From: Octopus vulgaris
Lineage: Eukaryota
Assembly (NCBI GenBank): GCA_951406725.2
Contig: OX597827.1
Location: 3,348,001-3,412,000, forward strand
DNA: 64,000 nucleotides
Direction of reading: 5' to 3'
In this document: positions 25,663 through 37,289 of the stretch, one piece after another
Layout: every line of letters starts with the position of its first letter
How positions within the stretch are numbered: position 1 is the first letter of the stretch
Translations under genes and position numbers: made by a program
Notes under the pieces: generated by a model
The model's input: the letters and a program-made list of their open reading frames with translations, nothing else
Told to the model about the DNA's origin: nothing
The model's database searches: none

Positions 25663-26561
25663 TAGTTATTTTGGTCGAACCAAGCAGCAAACATCCATTG
25701 GTCGCTGCAAGTATCAAGTACAATTTGACGTCTATCAATATATTTGATGTATTTTCATTCGAAAACAAACAGCACAATTTTATATTTGAAAATAAAATGT
25801 TTACCAAAAAAGAAAGAAAAAAAAAGAAAGAAAGAAAAAAAATGAGGAAAAAAAAGAAATAAATACTATTATGAAGAATTTTCATCAAATGCTATATACC
25901 CACCCACATGCATATATCTACACAAATACATTCACACAAGTACATATATATGTATACACATTCATATAACTACATACATATACAGGCAATATACGTTCAT
26001 GCACATTACATCTGTCATCTTCTGCAGTTTGCCTCTATGCAAAAGGAAAAAAAAAATGGATTTTAATCTAATTTAGTGTACTGCAATTTCTGTAAAGCCC
26101 AAACTTCAAATACACAATGAAATGAAACAAGAATTATATGCACACACACACACACACACACACATACACACACGCACACACACATACATATATAAAACAA
26201 TATAAGAATAAAAAACATATATACAAACAAGCAAAAAACCCATCAAAACAATAAAGAAAAGGCATTATGTCTTTTGATCAATCACTCGCAGATGATTTGT
26301 GGTCTTCTGATATATCGGTGGTACACACGGATACATACATACTCACATACACATACATGCATGCATTTATGTTTGCATGTATGTGTACACACACACATAT
26401 ACGTAGATGTCCACGTATGCACACACATCTAACTTGCTATTATCTGCTTCCATGTGCTCAGAAAAGATTGGCTTCTATGTTCGGTAAAGATTCTCTCTAC
26501 TTCATGCAGTAAAGAGAGCAGATGTAAGGTTTTGGTAAACATCTTATAAAATACACACACT

Positions 26562-26599
<38 letters not shown>

Positions 26600-26675
26600 T
26601 GTTTCTATGTATGTATGTGTGAATGTGTGTGTGTTTGTGTGTATGTGTGTGTGTATATATATATATATATCTAAA

Positions 26676-26706
<31 letters not shown>

Positions 26707-27156
26707 CTAAACACAAATACACATGCACAAAAAGAGTAAATATTGAAATTTCTGTCCCCGTTACTGTAGAAAAGGAAATAGAATAAAAAATGTCAGATTA
26801 TAGGATATAGAATATTTCAAATTGTGATCATGGGGGGGGGCATTTCACAACCACAGAAGATGCCCACCTGGTTATAGATATCCAGTATGCAATAAATTTG
26901 AGAGTGAAGCAGGCTGCTTTACAACATCAATCGTAGCTAACGTATGAGTCTCTATGTGGTCCTTTGCCCTGGCAGAGATAGCACCTAACTTTGTCTCAAA
27001 GCATATTTTGCCGTCTTAAGAATGAGAGAATGGGAGGACACATAGGAGAATGTGGCTCTTGATATATTCTGTTTGAAAAAACATGGGATCTTTCACTAGC
27101 ATAACTACATGGTGTGCTGCCCAGAGTGGCTCTTCCGTTTCCACCCCTGGACCCCA

Positions 27157-27186
<30 letters not shown>

Positions 27187-27187
<1 letters not shown>

Positions 27188-27437
27188 ACTAATGTAGGAT
27201 AAAATTTTTTTAGGGGTAGGAGTAAGTATTTCACTTATATCTCACGTATTTATCGCTGAAGAAGGGAAAATTCTTATGAATTAACCCCGAAATTGTGACC
27301 AATACGGTAATAATGGATTTTTTAGAAATTTCTATTGGTTTGTTTTGAGACGCATAAATTATAATGGTTATTGACAATTTTTGTCTTTTTTCGGCATATT
27401 TGGCATTAGAATTTTTCTTTTGCCCTTATTTTGTAAA
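27187..27437 (+). mobile_element. Small (TA)n-flanked element carrying a hammerhead ribozyme (pLTR-like)
   Basis: (TA)n at 27161-27186 and 27438-27448; hammerhead motif inside. Confidence 0.6.
27250..27310 (+). ncRNA. Type I hammerhead ribozyme with an intact catalytic core
   Basis: ttatcg CTGAAGA aggg-aaaattcttatgaattaa-cccc GAAA ttg tgac caa TA cggtaa. Stem I 6 bp (one G-U), stem III 4 bp with a tetraloop, cleavage triplet AUA (after 27304); only the 10.1-11.1 pair is an A-C mismatch. Confidence 0.7.
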
Positions 27438-27549
27438 TTATATATATATTGATGATGATGATGATGATATATATTGCCTACAGCAGACCCAAAAGTGCCA
27501 CCCGGGGCAGACAGCCCCCCACCCCCAGCTATGCTAGTGGAACTTTGTC

Positions 27550-27940
27550 TTTTATCTTTTCTTTGTTTCAGTTATTTGACTGTGGCCATGCTGGGGTACT
27601 ACCTTCCGGAATTTTAGTTGAACTAATCGACCCCAGGACATATTCTTTTTAAGTCTGGTACTTATTCTATCAGTCTCTTTTGCTTAACTGCTAAGTTACA
27701 GGGATGTAAACGCACCAGCATTGGTTGTAAAGTGGCAGTGGAGGGACAAACACAGACACAAAGGCATATATATATATATACACACAACAGGCTTCTTTCA
27801 GTTCCTGTCTACCGAATCCACTCATAAGGCTTTGGTTAGCCTGAGGCTATAGTACAAGTCACTTGCCCAAGGTGCCACATAGTGGGATTGAACATGGAAC
27901 CATGTGTTTGGTAAACAAGCTTCTTACCACATAGACACAC
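27550..27940 (-). mobile_element. SINE family A
   Basis: Full-length reverse copy. Confidence 0.9.
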
Positions 27941-27980
27941 CTAGGATAAAGCTACTTCACACACACACACACACACACGT

Positions 27981-28335
27981 GGGTGTGTGGTAAGAAGCTA
28001 GCTTCCCAACCACATGGTTCTGGGTTCAGTCCCACGGCATGGCACCTTAGGCAAGTGTCTTCTACTATAGCCATGGGCCAACCAGAGCCAACCAGAGCCT
28101 TGTGGTTGGCCCATGGCTATAGTAGACGGAAACTGAAAGAAACCCGTCCTATATATTTGTGTGTGTGTGTGTGTGTGTTTACATCTCCGTAACTTAGTGC
28201 TTCGACAAAAGAAACCAATAGAATAAGTACTAGGCTTACAAAGAATAAATCTTAAAGTTGAATTTTTCATCTAAAGGTGGTGCTCCAGCATGGCCACAGT
28301 GAAATGACTGAAACACGTAAAAGAAGAAAAAATAA
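27981..28335 (+). mobile_element. SINE family A with an internal inversion
   Basis: Full-length forward copy containing a perfect 24-bp inverted repeat. Confidence 0.9.
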
Positions 28336-28359
28336 AAGAATATATATATATATATATAT

Positions 28360-28645
28360 CAACTCAACTGGCACTCTATTGGTTACGATGATAAGGGTAC
28401 CAGTTGATCCGATCAACGGAAGAGATTGCTCGTGAAATTGTCTTACAAGTGGCTGAGTACTCCACAGACACGTGTACTCTTAATATAGTTCATTGGGACA
28501 AGGCTGGCCCATTTGGAAATACAGGTACTACACATTTTTGCCAGGTGAGTGAATTGAAGAAACATGAAATAAGGTGTCTTGCTCAAGGATAAAACGCGTT
28601 GCCAGGAATTGAACTCACAACCTTACAATCATGAGCTAAATGCAG
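28360..28645 (-). mobile_element. tRNA-derived SINE (family S4)
   Basis: Minus strand ...gttgtgagttcaattcctggc (B box) followed by tccttgagcaagacacctt, a CORE-like SINE motif. Confidence 0.65.
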
Positions 28646-29059
28646 ACCAAGGTATCAAAGTGCCGTGTAGGACTGGAAACAAGAAAGACAGAAAGAAAGT
28701 CAGAATGGAAGATGAAGTAACTCATGTAGGAAAAGTATAGGAGTAGAGAGAAATGTGACCAAGTGAGTCAATGGTAAAGAGAAAAAGAGAGGTCATGGGT
28801 CACATGGTAGTTGGAGAAAAGGGAAAGAGTCGTGGAAGGCAGAAGGATAGAAGCAATAGAGGAAAGTATGGGGGGGGGGGGAGAAAGGAGGGAGGAAGGC
28901 AAAAGCGAGACAGAAATAGACATTGCATAGAAAATATTCCAAGAATATTTTACAAATGAGTAAAAAAATAAGCACATAGCAATTCATAAATAATATTTCA
29001 AAAATTTAACGCAAACACAGCAAAAGGAAAATTTGTAGCTAATTCCTCATCAGTCAATG

Positions 29060-29235
29060 CCCTGTCTTCTCTCCTGACTAAAAGATACAAAAGGAAAAGT
29101 GAACCCTACTAAAGGAGCCCAAGAGTCTGGTTGTCATATTCAATGAGAGACAAGTTAAGACCAACTGCATCTGGTTAGTTTCTCTCTACTCATTTCCATT
29201 CCAAATCATACATACAATTTTGTTCATTTTTTTTT
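29060..29235 (+). repeat. Dispersed repeat; inverted relative at about 58880-59050
   Basis: aaagatacaaaaggaaaagtgaacc...aatgagagacaagttaagaccaac...ggttagtttctctct is shared. Confidence 0.8.
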
Positions 29236-29299
29236 ATTGTTTTTTATTTCCAATTATCACTGCAGAATATTAAAATAAATTCCAATTTTTGATTAATCA

Positions 29300-29815
29300 C
29301 ACGAAAAGCACCCAGGCCCCTCAGTAAATTGGTTGGCACAAGGAAGGGCATCCAACCATAAAACTCATGCCAAAACAGATCTTGCAGATACTAGTACCAC
29401 ACAAAAAGCACCCAGTCCACTATGTAAGGTGGTTGGCATCCGCAAGGAAGAGCATCCAGCCATAAAAACCATGCTAAAATAAATCTTACAGGTGCTGGTG
29501 CCATACACAAAGCGTGCAGTCAACACTGTAAAGGGGTTGGCACCAAGAAGGGCATCCAGCCATAAAAATCATGCCAAAACAGACCTCACAGGTGTTGTTG
29601 CTGCACAAAAGCAGCAAGGTCAATCTGTATTGTGGCTGGAATTGGGAAGAGTATCCAGCCATAGAGACCATGCCAAAACAGACAGTAAAGTCTGGTGGAA
29701 TTCTCTGAGTTGCCAGCTCCTGTCAAACCATCCAACCCATGCCAGCATAGAAAACAGAAGTTAAATGGTGACAATAGGCATTAAATAATGATGATGATGA
29801 TGATGATAATAATGA
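29300..29815 (+). mobile_element. RTE 3' UTR with about four tandem ~100-bp units followed by the (GAT)n tail
   Basis: aaaagca...ggttggca...gaagggcatccagccataaaa..catgccaaaacaga is repeated; ends ccatccaacccatgccagcatagaaaac. Confidence 0.8.
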
Positions 29816-29874
29816 TAATATATAGTTTATAGATCCAATATAGGTTGAATCAACAAAAAAGTACTCCATGTATA

Positions 29875-29963
<89 letters not shown>

Positions 29964-29994
29964 CATCATCATCACATATATATCCTCATCATCA

Positions 29995-30089
29995 TCAGAC
30001 TGAGCCTGGTGCAGCCTCCTGGCTTCCCAGACCCCGGTCGAACCATCCAACCCATGCTAGCATGGAAAGCAGACCTTAAACGATGATGA

Positions 30090-30093
<4 letters not shown>
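29995..30093 (+). mobile_element. RTE tail stub
   Basis: ccatgctagcatggaaagcagaccttaaacgatgatgatga then (TA)n. Confidence 0.85.
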
Positions 30094-30127
<34 letters not shown>

Positions 30128-30697
30128 GGATACACACATTCATACATACACACACACACTTACATATATTCATATAAGAATGTAGTATATATATTCTGAT
30201 AAAAGCATTCCACAGTCATTCACATACACTTATACACACAGATACATAAAGAGCATTAACATCAAGAACGAATCAATACACACCCACACGTGTGCACTTA
30301 CTTACAGACACATGAGGGAGTGGTACTGAGAAGGGGAGAGGGAGGGGGAGAAATGTTCATTTAATCCCAAGGGAGATTTGTCAAGGGTAAAGATAATGCG
30401 TTGTTCTTTGTATTTTCTGAAGCATGACATTATGTTGTGTTCTCTGATGCGTAAACAATATATATTTGAACACATCTGGTCAATGGACTGGACTGGCCAG
30501 ATGTGTTTAAAAGATGCACATGTATATATGGAGTGCACTGGGGAAAACTGCAAAGGTCAATATGAACTGAGAAATCTTTATAACTTAGCAACAAAAATAT
30601 TTTTTCTTTCTCTATGAAGACCACAAATAGTTGCCTTAGGTTCTTTATTCTCCTGCTCTCACACACACCTGCACACATGCCTTTATATGTGCATGTA

Positions 30698-30929
30698 TCG
30701 TCGTCGTCATTTTAACATCCACTTTTCCATGACTGCATGGGTCAGGTGGAGTTTATTGATGCAGATTTTCTACAGCTGGATGCCTTTCCTGTTGCCAATC
30801 CTCACCTGTTTCCATGTAAAGTAGTAATCCTTTACAGCCAGATAGGTTTCCAAGAATACTGGAAATGAATGACATTCACTTACAACTATCACACAATATC
30901 AAGACAAGGAGATAAATGCACTCATAGAC

Positions 30930-30987
<58 letters not shown>

Positions 30988-32225
30988 TCATCATCATCAT
31001 CGTTTAATGTCTGCTTTCCATGCTAGCATGGGCTGGACGATTTGACTCAAGACTGGCAAACCAGATGGCTGCACCAGGCTCCAATCTTGATATGGCAGAG
31101 TTTCTACAGCTGGATGCCCTTCCTAATGCCAACCACTCTGAGAGTATAGTGGGTGCTTTTATGTGCCACCAGCATGAGGGCCAGTCAGGCGGTACTGGCA
31201 ACGGTCATGGAAAATCTTGTTTTTTTTTTTTACATGTCACCTGCACACGTGTCAGTAAGGCAACGCTAGTCATGATCACACTCAAATGGTGCTTTTTACA
31301 TGCCACCGGCATGAATGCCAGTTAGCCGCTCTGGCAACGATCACGCTTGGATGGTGCTCTTAGTGCTCCACTAGCACAAATGCCAGTAATTGAATTTGAT
31401 TTCGATTCTGATTTCACTTGCCTCAACAGGTCTTCGCAAGTAGTGTCCAATGAAGGGAAGGTACGCATAAGTGGGCTGGTTACACCCCTGGTTTAGGCTA
31501 CAAGGTTATGGTCTCACTTGGCTTGCCGGGTCTTCTCAAGCACAGCATATTTTCAAAATACTCGGTCACTGATCATTGCCTCAGTGAGACCTAATGTTCG
31601 AAGGTCGTGCTTCACCACTTTATCCCAGGTCTTCCTGGGTCTGCCTCTTCCACAGGTTCCCTCAACTGCTAGGGTGTGGCACAGCTATCCTCATCCATTC
31701 TCACCACATGACCATACCAGCGCAGTCGTCTCTCTTGCACACCACATCTGATGCTTCTTAGGTCCAACTTTTCTCTCAAGGTACTTACACCCTGTCAAGT
31801 ATGCACACTGACATTACACATCCATCGGATCATACTGGCTTCATTCCTTGTGAGCTTATGCATGTCCTCAGCAGTCACGGCCCATGTTTCACTGCCATGT
31901 AGCATGGCTGTTCGTACACATGCGTCATACAGTCTACCTTTTACTCTGAGCGAGAGGCCCTCTGTCATCAGCAGAAGTAAGAGCTTTCTGAACTTTGCCC
32001 AGGCTATTCTTATGGATGGATGGATGGATGGATGGTTGTATAGATAGATGGATAGATAGATATGACAAGCTTCCTTCAGTTTCCATTTACCTAAATCCAT
32101 TCACAAGGTGTTCGTTGAGATGGGGCTATAGTAGAAGAGAATTGCCTAAGGTACCATGCAGTGAGACTGAATCTGAAAGTACATAATTGGGAAGTAAGCT
32201 TCTAAATCATACAGCCACATCTGCA
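30698..32225 (-). mobile_element. SINE A/F variant (F tail 30698-30920, head 32062-32225) hosting a nested RTE
   Basis: Both halves are co-oriented and interrupted at the microsatellite hinge. Confidence 0.65.
30985..32012 (-). mobile_element. RTE-clade LINE, 5'-truncated (ORF2 C-terminus, 3' UTR and (TGA)n tail)
   Basis: RIAWAKFRKLLLLL...LSLRVKGRLYDACVRTAMLHGSETWAV...RNEASMIRWMCNV, later GTCGRGRPRKTWDKVVKHD. Its UTR identifies the many short tails in the window. Confidence 0.9.
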
Positions 32226-33139
32226 CTTATATGTGTGTGTGTGTATGTGTATGCATATGTATACACTCACACACACTCGTACACACACACACATTAGGAG
32301 TTTTCATTAGGAGTTTGCTCCAAGTTGCATGTAGCTGCTTTCCAAAACATTTTCTCAACATTTCACGAAGACCTACTTTGACTATTATTGTGTTTAGCTC
32401 TGTTTTACATATTGAGTACCTTCTGTACTGCATTTATATCATGAAAGGATATATATACATACATATATGTATACACACACACACATATCAAATATCATAT
32501 GCTATATAAAACTTAAGTAAGATTTATATCTACATGAGTAGTGCTATAGAATACATAATGTAACCTTTTCCATTTGGATAGTAACTCTACGAGAAATTCA
32601 CATATGGAGTGATTCAAATATAAAGAATTTCTTTAGGGATATACTTCGATAATAATAATTTTTTTCTTCTGTTTTCTTGCATTTCTTTCTATTATATTGT
32701 CATAAATTATCACTACTGGTTTTCCTTTAGTTATGTTTTGTTTTTCTTTCTTTCTTTTTTTTTTTTGGTGTATGGGTTGGAGATGTTGGTTGAACAACTT
32801 ATGTTCAGAGATGGAGATATTAAACAGACCCAGTCACTACTTTTGCAACTAGAAAGAGATATTGTGATGAAGAAAGCATGTTTCAAGGTAAGCTGTACAT
32901 CCTTCACTGGAAGATAATACATATTTTTTTTTCTTCTTTTAAATTACAACAGAGTATAGGACATGTTAATGCTAATAACAAAAAAAGAAGTTGAGTGAGA
33001 AAATATTTTTTTTTAGTGTGCAGGGGAGTGGGGTGGGGACTTGTAATTCTATAACAACATTAAATGTGCACAGGATTTTCAAAAGATGGTGAAGGAATGT
33101 GGTTGGGGAAGCACACAATAAAACTAATAACAACAACAA

Positions 33140-33178
<39 letters not shown>

Positions 33179-33983
33179 CACTTGCACAACAGGAAAGAAT
33201 TATCTACTTTTTGAGGGTTGTAAAGATAGAAAGTAATTTTTTTCTTTCTTCTATCCAGTCAACCATGTGAGAATAAACATTTTCTTCCTTTATACATTTA
33301 CACTTATTTATATATCCATTTATCATTGTTGTATGTTCTATTATTGTTGTTGTTGTTGTTTTTATTGTGTTGTTGTTGTTGTTGTTAGTTGGACTGTTTG
33401 CATTGTTTTATCTAACAATTTTCAAAAACAGAGGATCAAAACACCTTTTTTTCTATCATGCCCCAGAATGCAGAAAGGAGAAAAAAAAAATACTTTGCTT
33501 AGAATTTTTCAAATATTTAAGAAAGTACTTGCATGTGACTGCATGCGGTGGTTTGAGGAAAAGCATTTAGTTGTAGAAATCATGCTAAAGCAGACACTGG
33601 AGTATGATACAACCCTTCTGGTCAGCATGGAAAATAAAGGTTAAATGATTATGATGATATATGCTATACTGTACTGCAGAATATATCAATAACTTTTAGC
33701 CACTGCTATATGCAAACCAACATAGTAGACATATGAACATGTCAAATTTACCTATTACGTCACAGAATGAAAACTTGTAGAAGAGCCTTGATCAATTTTT
33801 AGTGCTTATTAGGGTCTCATCAGAGGTTTTTTTACATAACTTAACCAATACCAGAGAAACAAGCAACCAATCTGTTGATATACATATCAAATCTAATAAA
33901 TCCAGAGAACTGAAGTTAACAATTTACCCACTGTAAGTGTTTAAACAGAGGTAAATGTAAATACCTTGGCTTTATATACAATA

Positions 33984-34288
33984 CTAGTAGTATCGCCCTG
34001 TGTTGCTCAGGTTTGTAAGGGAAATAACTATATAAGCATTTTTAGAGAGTTACTTCCCTTATATAAACCGAGCAAAATATGCATTAAAAATGCGGAAAAA
34101 TGATGGTAAATTTTTTTTTAAATCGTAGACTCATTGTAGACGTGCGCTAATACCCAGAAGGGCTTGATATGAATCACGACTATAAGATACCCACTTTTGG
34201 TTAAACTGCACCACAAAATGTGGGAGTAGTTAGGAATCTAAATCGGAGTAGACAGACACACACACAACTTCAGTTTTATATATAAAGA
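33984..34288 (-). mobile_element. Non-autonomous Helitron, complete
   Basis: Minus strand A|TCTTTATATATAAAACTG...cctgagcaacacagggcgatactaCTAG|T; subterminal hairpin, A-T insertion site, no TSD. Confidence 0.85.
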
Positions 34289-34547
34289 TCTCCATGGATA
34301 GAAAAAGCAGAACTAGCCAACTCTGTTTCAATCCTGTACTGGGGTTTTATCAATGATAGAGTAACTTCTTTAACTATCCATGGAGATACTGCTTATCAAA
34401 CCACTATTGGTTAGAACTGAAATTTACTAATGGTTTAAACCATGTTCAGACTGATTTGCACAAATAACATATTCTTGGCACCCAATTCAGTCGCACAATA
34501 TGGAAGCAAAGCATTGCTCATGCACCAATGATATATTAATCAAACTA

Positions 34548-34760
34548 GGGTGGCAAGCTGGCAGGATTGTCAGGATGCTACACAAAGTGGATAGCAGCAT
34601 TTCATCTGTCTTTACATTCCGAGTTCAAATTCCGCTGAGGTCGACTTTGCCTTTCATCCTTCCAGGGTCAATAAAATAAGTACCAGCTGAGCATTGGGCT
34701 GATGTGATTGACTTAACCCCTTCCCTGAAACTGATGGCCTTGTGCCAAAATTTGAAACCA
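34548..34760 (+). mobile_element. SINE family B (alternative short tail ...ccttgtgccaaaatttgaaacc)
   Basis: gagttcaaattccgctgaggtcgactttgcctttcatccttccagggtcaataaaataagtaccag. Confidence 0.85.
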
Positions 34761-34790
34761 GTATATAAATTAAACTGGCTGCCAAGAATA

Positions 34791-35277
34791 TCTATATATA
34801 TAAAACTGTAGTTGTGTGAGTGTCTGTCTCCTACAATTTAGATTCCTAACTCCTCCCACATTTTGCGGTGCAGTTTAACCAAATTCGGGTATCTTATAGT
34901 CATGATTAATATCAAGCCTGTCTGGCTATTAGCGCGCGTCTACGATGAGTCTCCGATTTTAAAAATAATTTAACATCATTTTTTATTCCATTTTAATGCA
35001 TAATCTTTTGTGTGTCGATGGCGGCGGAGTTGGCGTCCACGCTCAAACACCTGCACCTGTGTTTGCTTCTCCCCCTTCTTCCCTCCCTTGTGAAGCTGTG
35101 GGGAAGGGAGTTTAAGGAAATCAACGTTGTAATGCGTTGTCAAGGAGACCAGCGTTCTTTTAGAACGACTTCATGGCTTGAAGACACCAAAACAGAAATG
35201 GCTAAGAAAGCCCGAATTGGCATCTATAAAGGAAGTAACTCTCTAAAAATGCTTATATAGTTATTTCCCTTACAAAC
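34791..35277 (+). mobile_element. Non-autonomous Helitron, same family, lacking the 3' terminus, with an extra internal segment
   Basis: A|TCTATATATATAAAACTG start; ends at ttatttcccttacaaac just before the hairpin/CTAG. Confidence 0.8.
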
Positions 35278-35879
35278 TGGATGCCAAGAATATATTATAT
35301 ATGCAAATCAGTCTATCATGCTGTTTCAAAAAACAAAAAAAAAAATGGATTATGAAAAAGAATGGAACCATATTCCTTGAAAGTGCTAAATCCTAAAAAA
35401 ATTTAAGACTCATCTTCTAACACCCATCCTTCAGTTAATCTACTCCTTCAAGAGCTGTAAATGATACCATTTGTCCCCACTACACTTTGCATTGTATTTC
35501 TATTACTGTCCCTCATTTACCTCCTCCTCCTCCCTTACCTACCCTTATTGACTTTCCTTCCCTTTCCCTCTTCCAAACTGATATTCACTGTATCTACCTC
35601 AATCCCCATCTCTAATCATTTGTCACAATCGTTTCTCACTCTTGCGAACTCATCTGCCCACCCACCCTTTCTGCTCCTCTCTCCCTATTCTCTCTCATAT
35701 TTATCTTGTATCTTGATAGCATGCCCTCACCATCACACATACTCACTCTCTCTCTCTGTCCAGCAGGAGAAGCCATGTAATTACCCCTTCAGCAAGACAC
35801 CTATTCCCATCAATCTACCACATTTTCACTTCCTTCAACACAACATGCCCACTCAGATGAGGAAACTTATCAGGTGTGT

Positions 35880-36110
35880 GCTTGGTGACCCCACTAGTGC
35901 TGGTGTCACAAAAATCTTCCCAGTATAGGCTGTAAAAGGGGCTGACATTAGGAAGGGCATCAGGCTCTAGAAGCCACGCCAAAGTAGACAATGGAGTTTT
36001 AACACAGCCCTCTGGCTCATCAGTTCTTTTGAACTATCTAACCAATGGAAACAAAGGAAAAACGGGCATTAAATGGCGGTGGTGGTGGTAGTGATGATGA
36101 TGATAATGAT
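35880..36110 (+). mobile_element. Decayed RTE tail
   Basis: cattaggaagggcatc...gggcattaaatggcggtggtggtggtagtgatgatga. Confidence 0.6.
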
Positions 36111-36810
36111 GATGATGATTATAATGTTGGTGATGATGATGATGATGATGATTATAATGTTGGTGATGATGATGATGATGATCACTAACAACATAATAAC
36201 AACGATCTCATACACGATAAGAACCAAAATATAGATTTTGTGCACAGTTTTATTCTTATTTACTCTAAACTTATTTGATTTCTATTCTGATAGCTGCACA
36301 GTGAGTACAAATAACATCGTTTGAAACGCAAACTACTCTCAGTTTATCTGATTTAATGTGAATATAATTCTCTGGTAAATAAAAATTTCAAAATTGTACT
36401 GATGATATCTAATGGAGTGAAACCTTTATGCAATTTCTATATTAAAACATTGAAGAAATATAAAATGGATTAACTATATCATCATTTGTTTGTTTCTCAA
36501 ATATATTTTTGAATTTCTTAAAGAAAATATATCATTAAAAAACAATTATTTTCTTTCTTTGATAGAAGTAAGTAATGAACCTGAATGACTGCTCTGTCTG
36601 TGTATTGGCATGCACACACACACATGTGTGCGTGTGTGCAGGAGTGCGTGTGTGTGCATGTGTGCAGGAGTGCGTGTGTGTGCATGTGTGTGCGTGTTTA
36701 TGTAGGTATATATGTATAATAACAACAACGACAGCAACAACATATTTGTTTAATCCCTGCTAGCAATGGAAAAACTTACATATATATATATGTATATATA
36801 TACATATATA

Positions 36811-37220
36811 TAGGCACAGACATGGCTGTGTGGTAAGAAGCTTGTTTCCCAACCACAGGGTTCCGGGTTCACTCCCACTGCATGGCACCTTGAGCAGATA
36901 TCCTCTATTATAGCCTCAAGCTAACCAAAGCCTTGTGAGTGGATTTGGTAGTTGGAAACTGAAAGAAGCCCGTCATATATATACATATATATATGTATAT
37001 ATCTACGTGCCTGTGTTTGTCTCCCCACATCACCACTTGGCACGTGATGTTGGTGTGTTTACATGTCCATAATTTAGCAGTTCAGCAAAAGAGATTGATA
37101 GAATAAATACTAGGCTTAGAAAAATTAAGTCCTGGAGTTGATTTATTCAACTAAAAAGCCTCCATGGTGGTGCTCCAGCATGGCTGCAGTCAAACGACTG
37201 AAAGAAGTATAAGAATAAAT
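36811..37220 (+). mobile_element. SINE family A
   Basis: Full-length forward copy. Confidence 0.9.
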
Positions 37221-37289
37221 GAGTATAATTTCCTTGGGTCCACCCCTTCACACTTTCATAACATACAAAGGGGTTTTAGGCCTTTTATT

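Noticed and set aside
24791-25862. Longest ORFs in the track (up to 276 aa, YI/HI/MY-rich)
   Set aside because: They are translations of the TA-rich array in all frames; no coding signal.
33784-33830. Possible sixth hammerhead (minus strand cct CTGATGA gaccc...aaaaattgatc aagg)
   Set aside because: Stem II does not close and G12 is absent; too degenerate to call without a family consensus.
35461-35928. 155-aa L/P/S-rich ORF
   Set aside because: Pyrimidine-rich low-complexity DNA running into an RTE tail.
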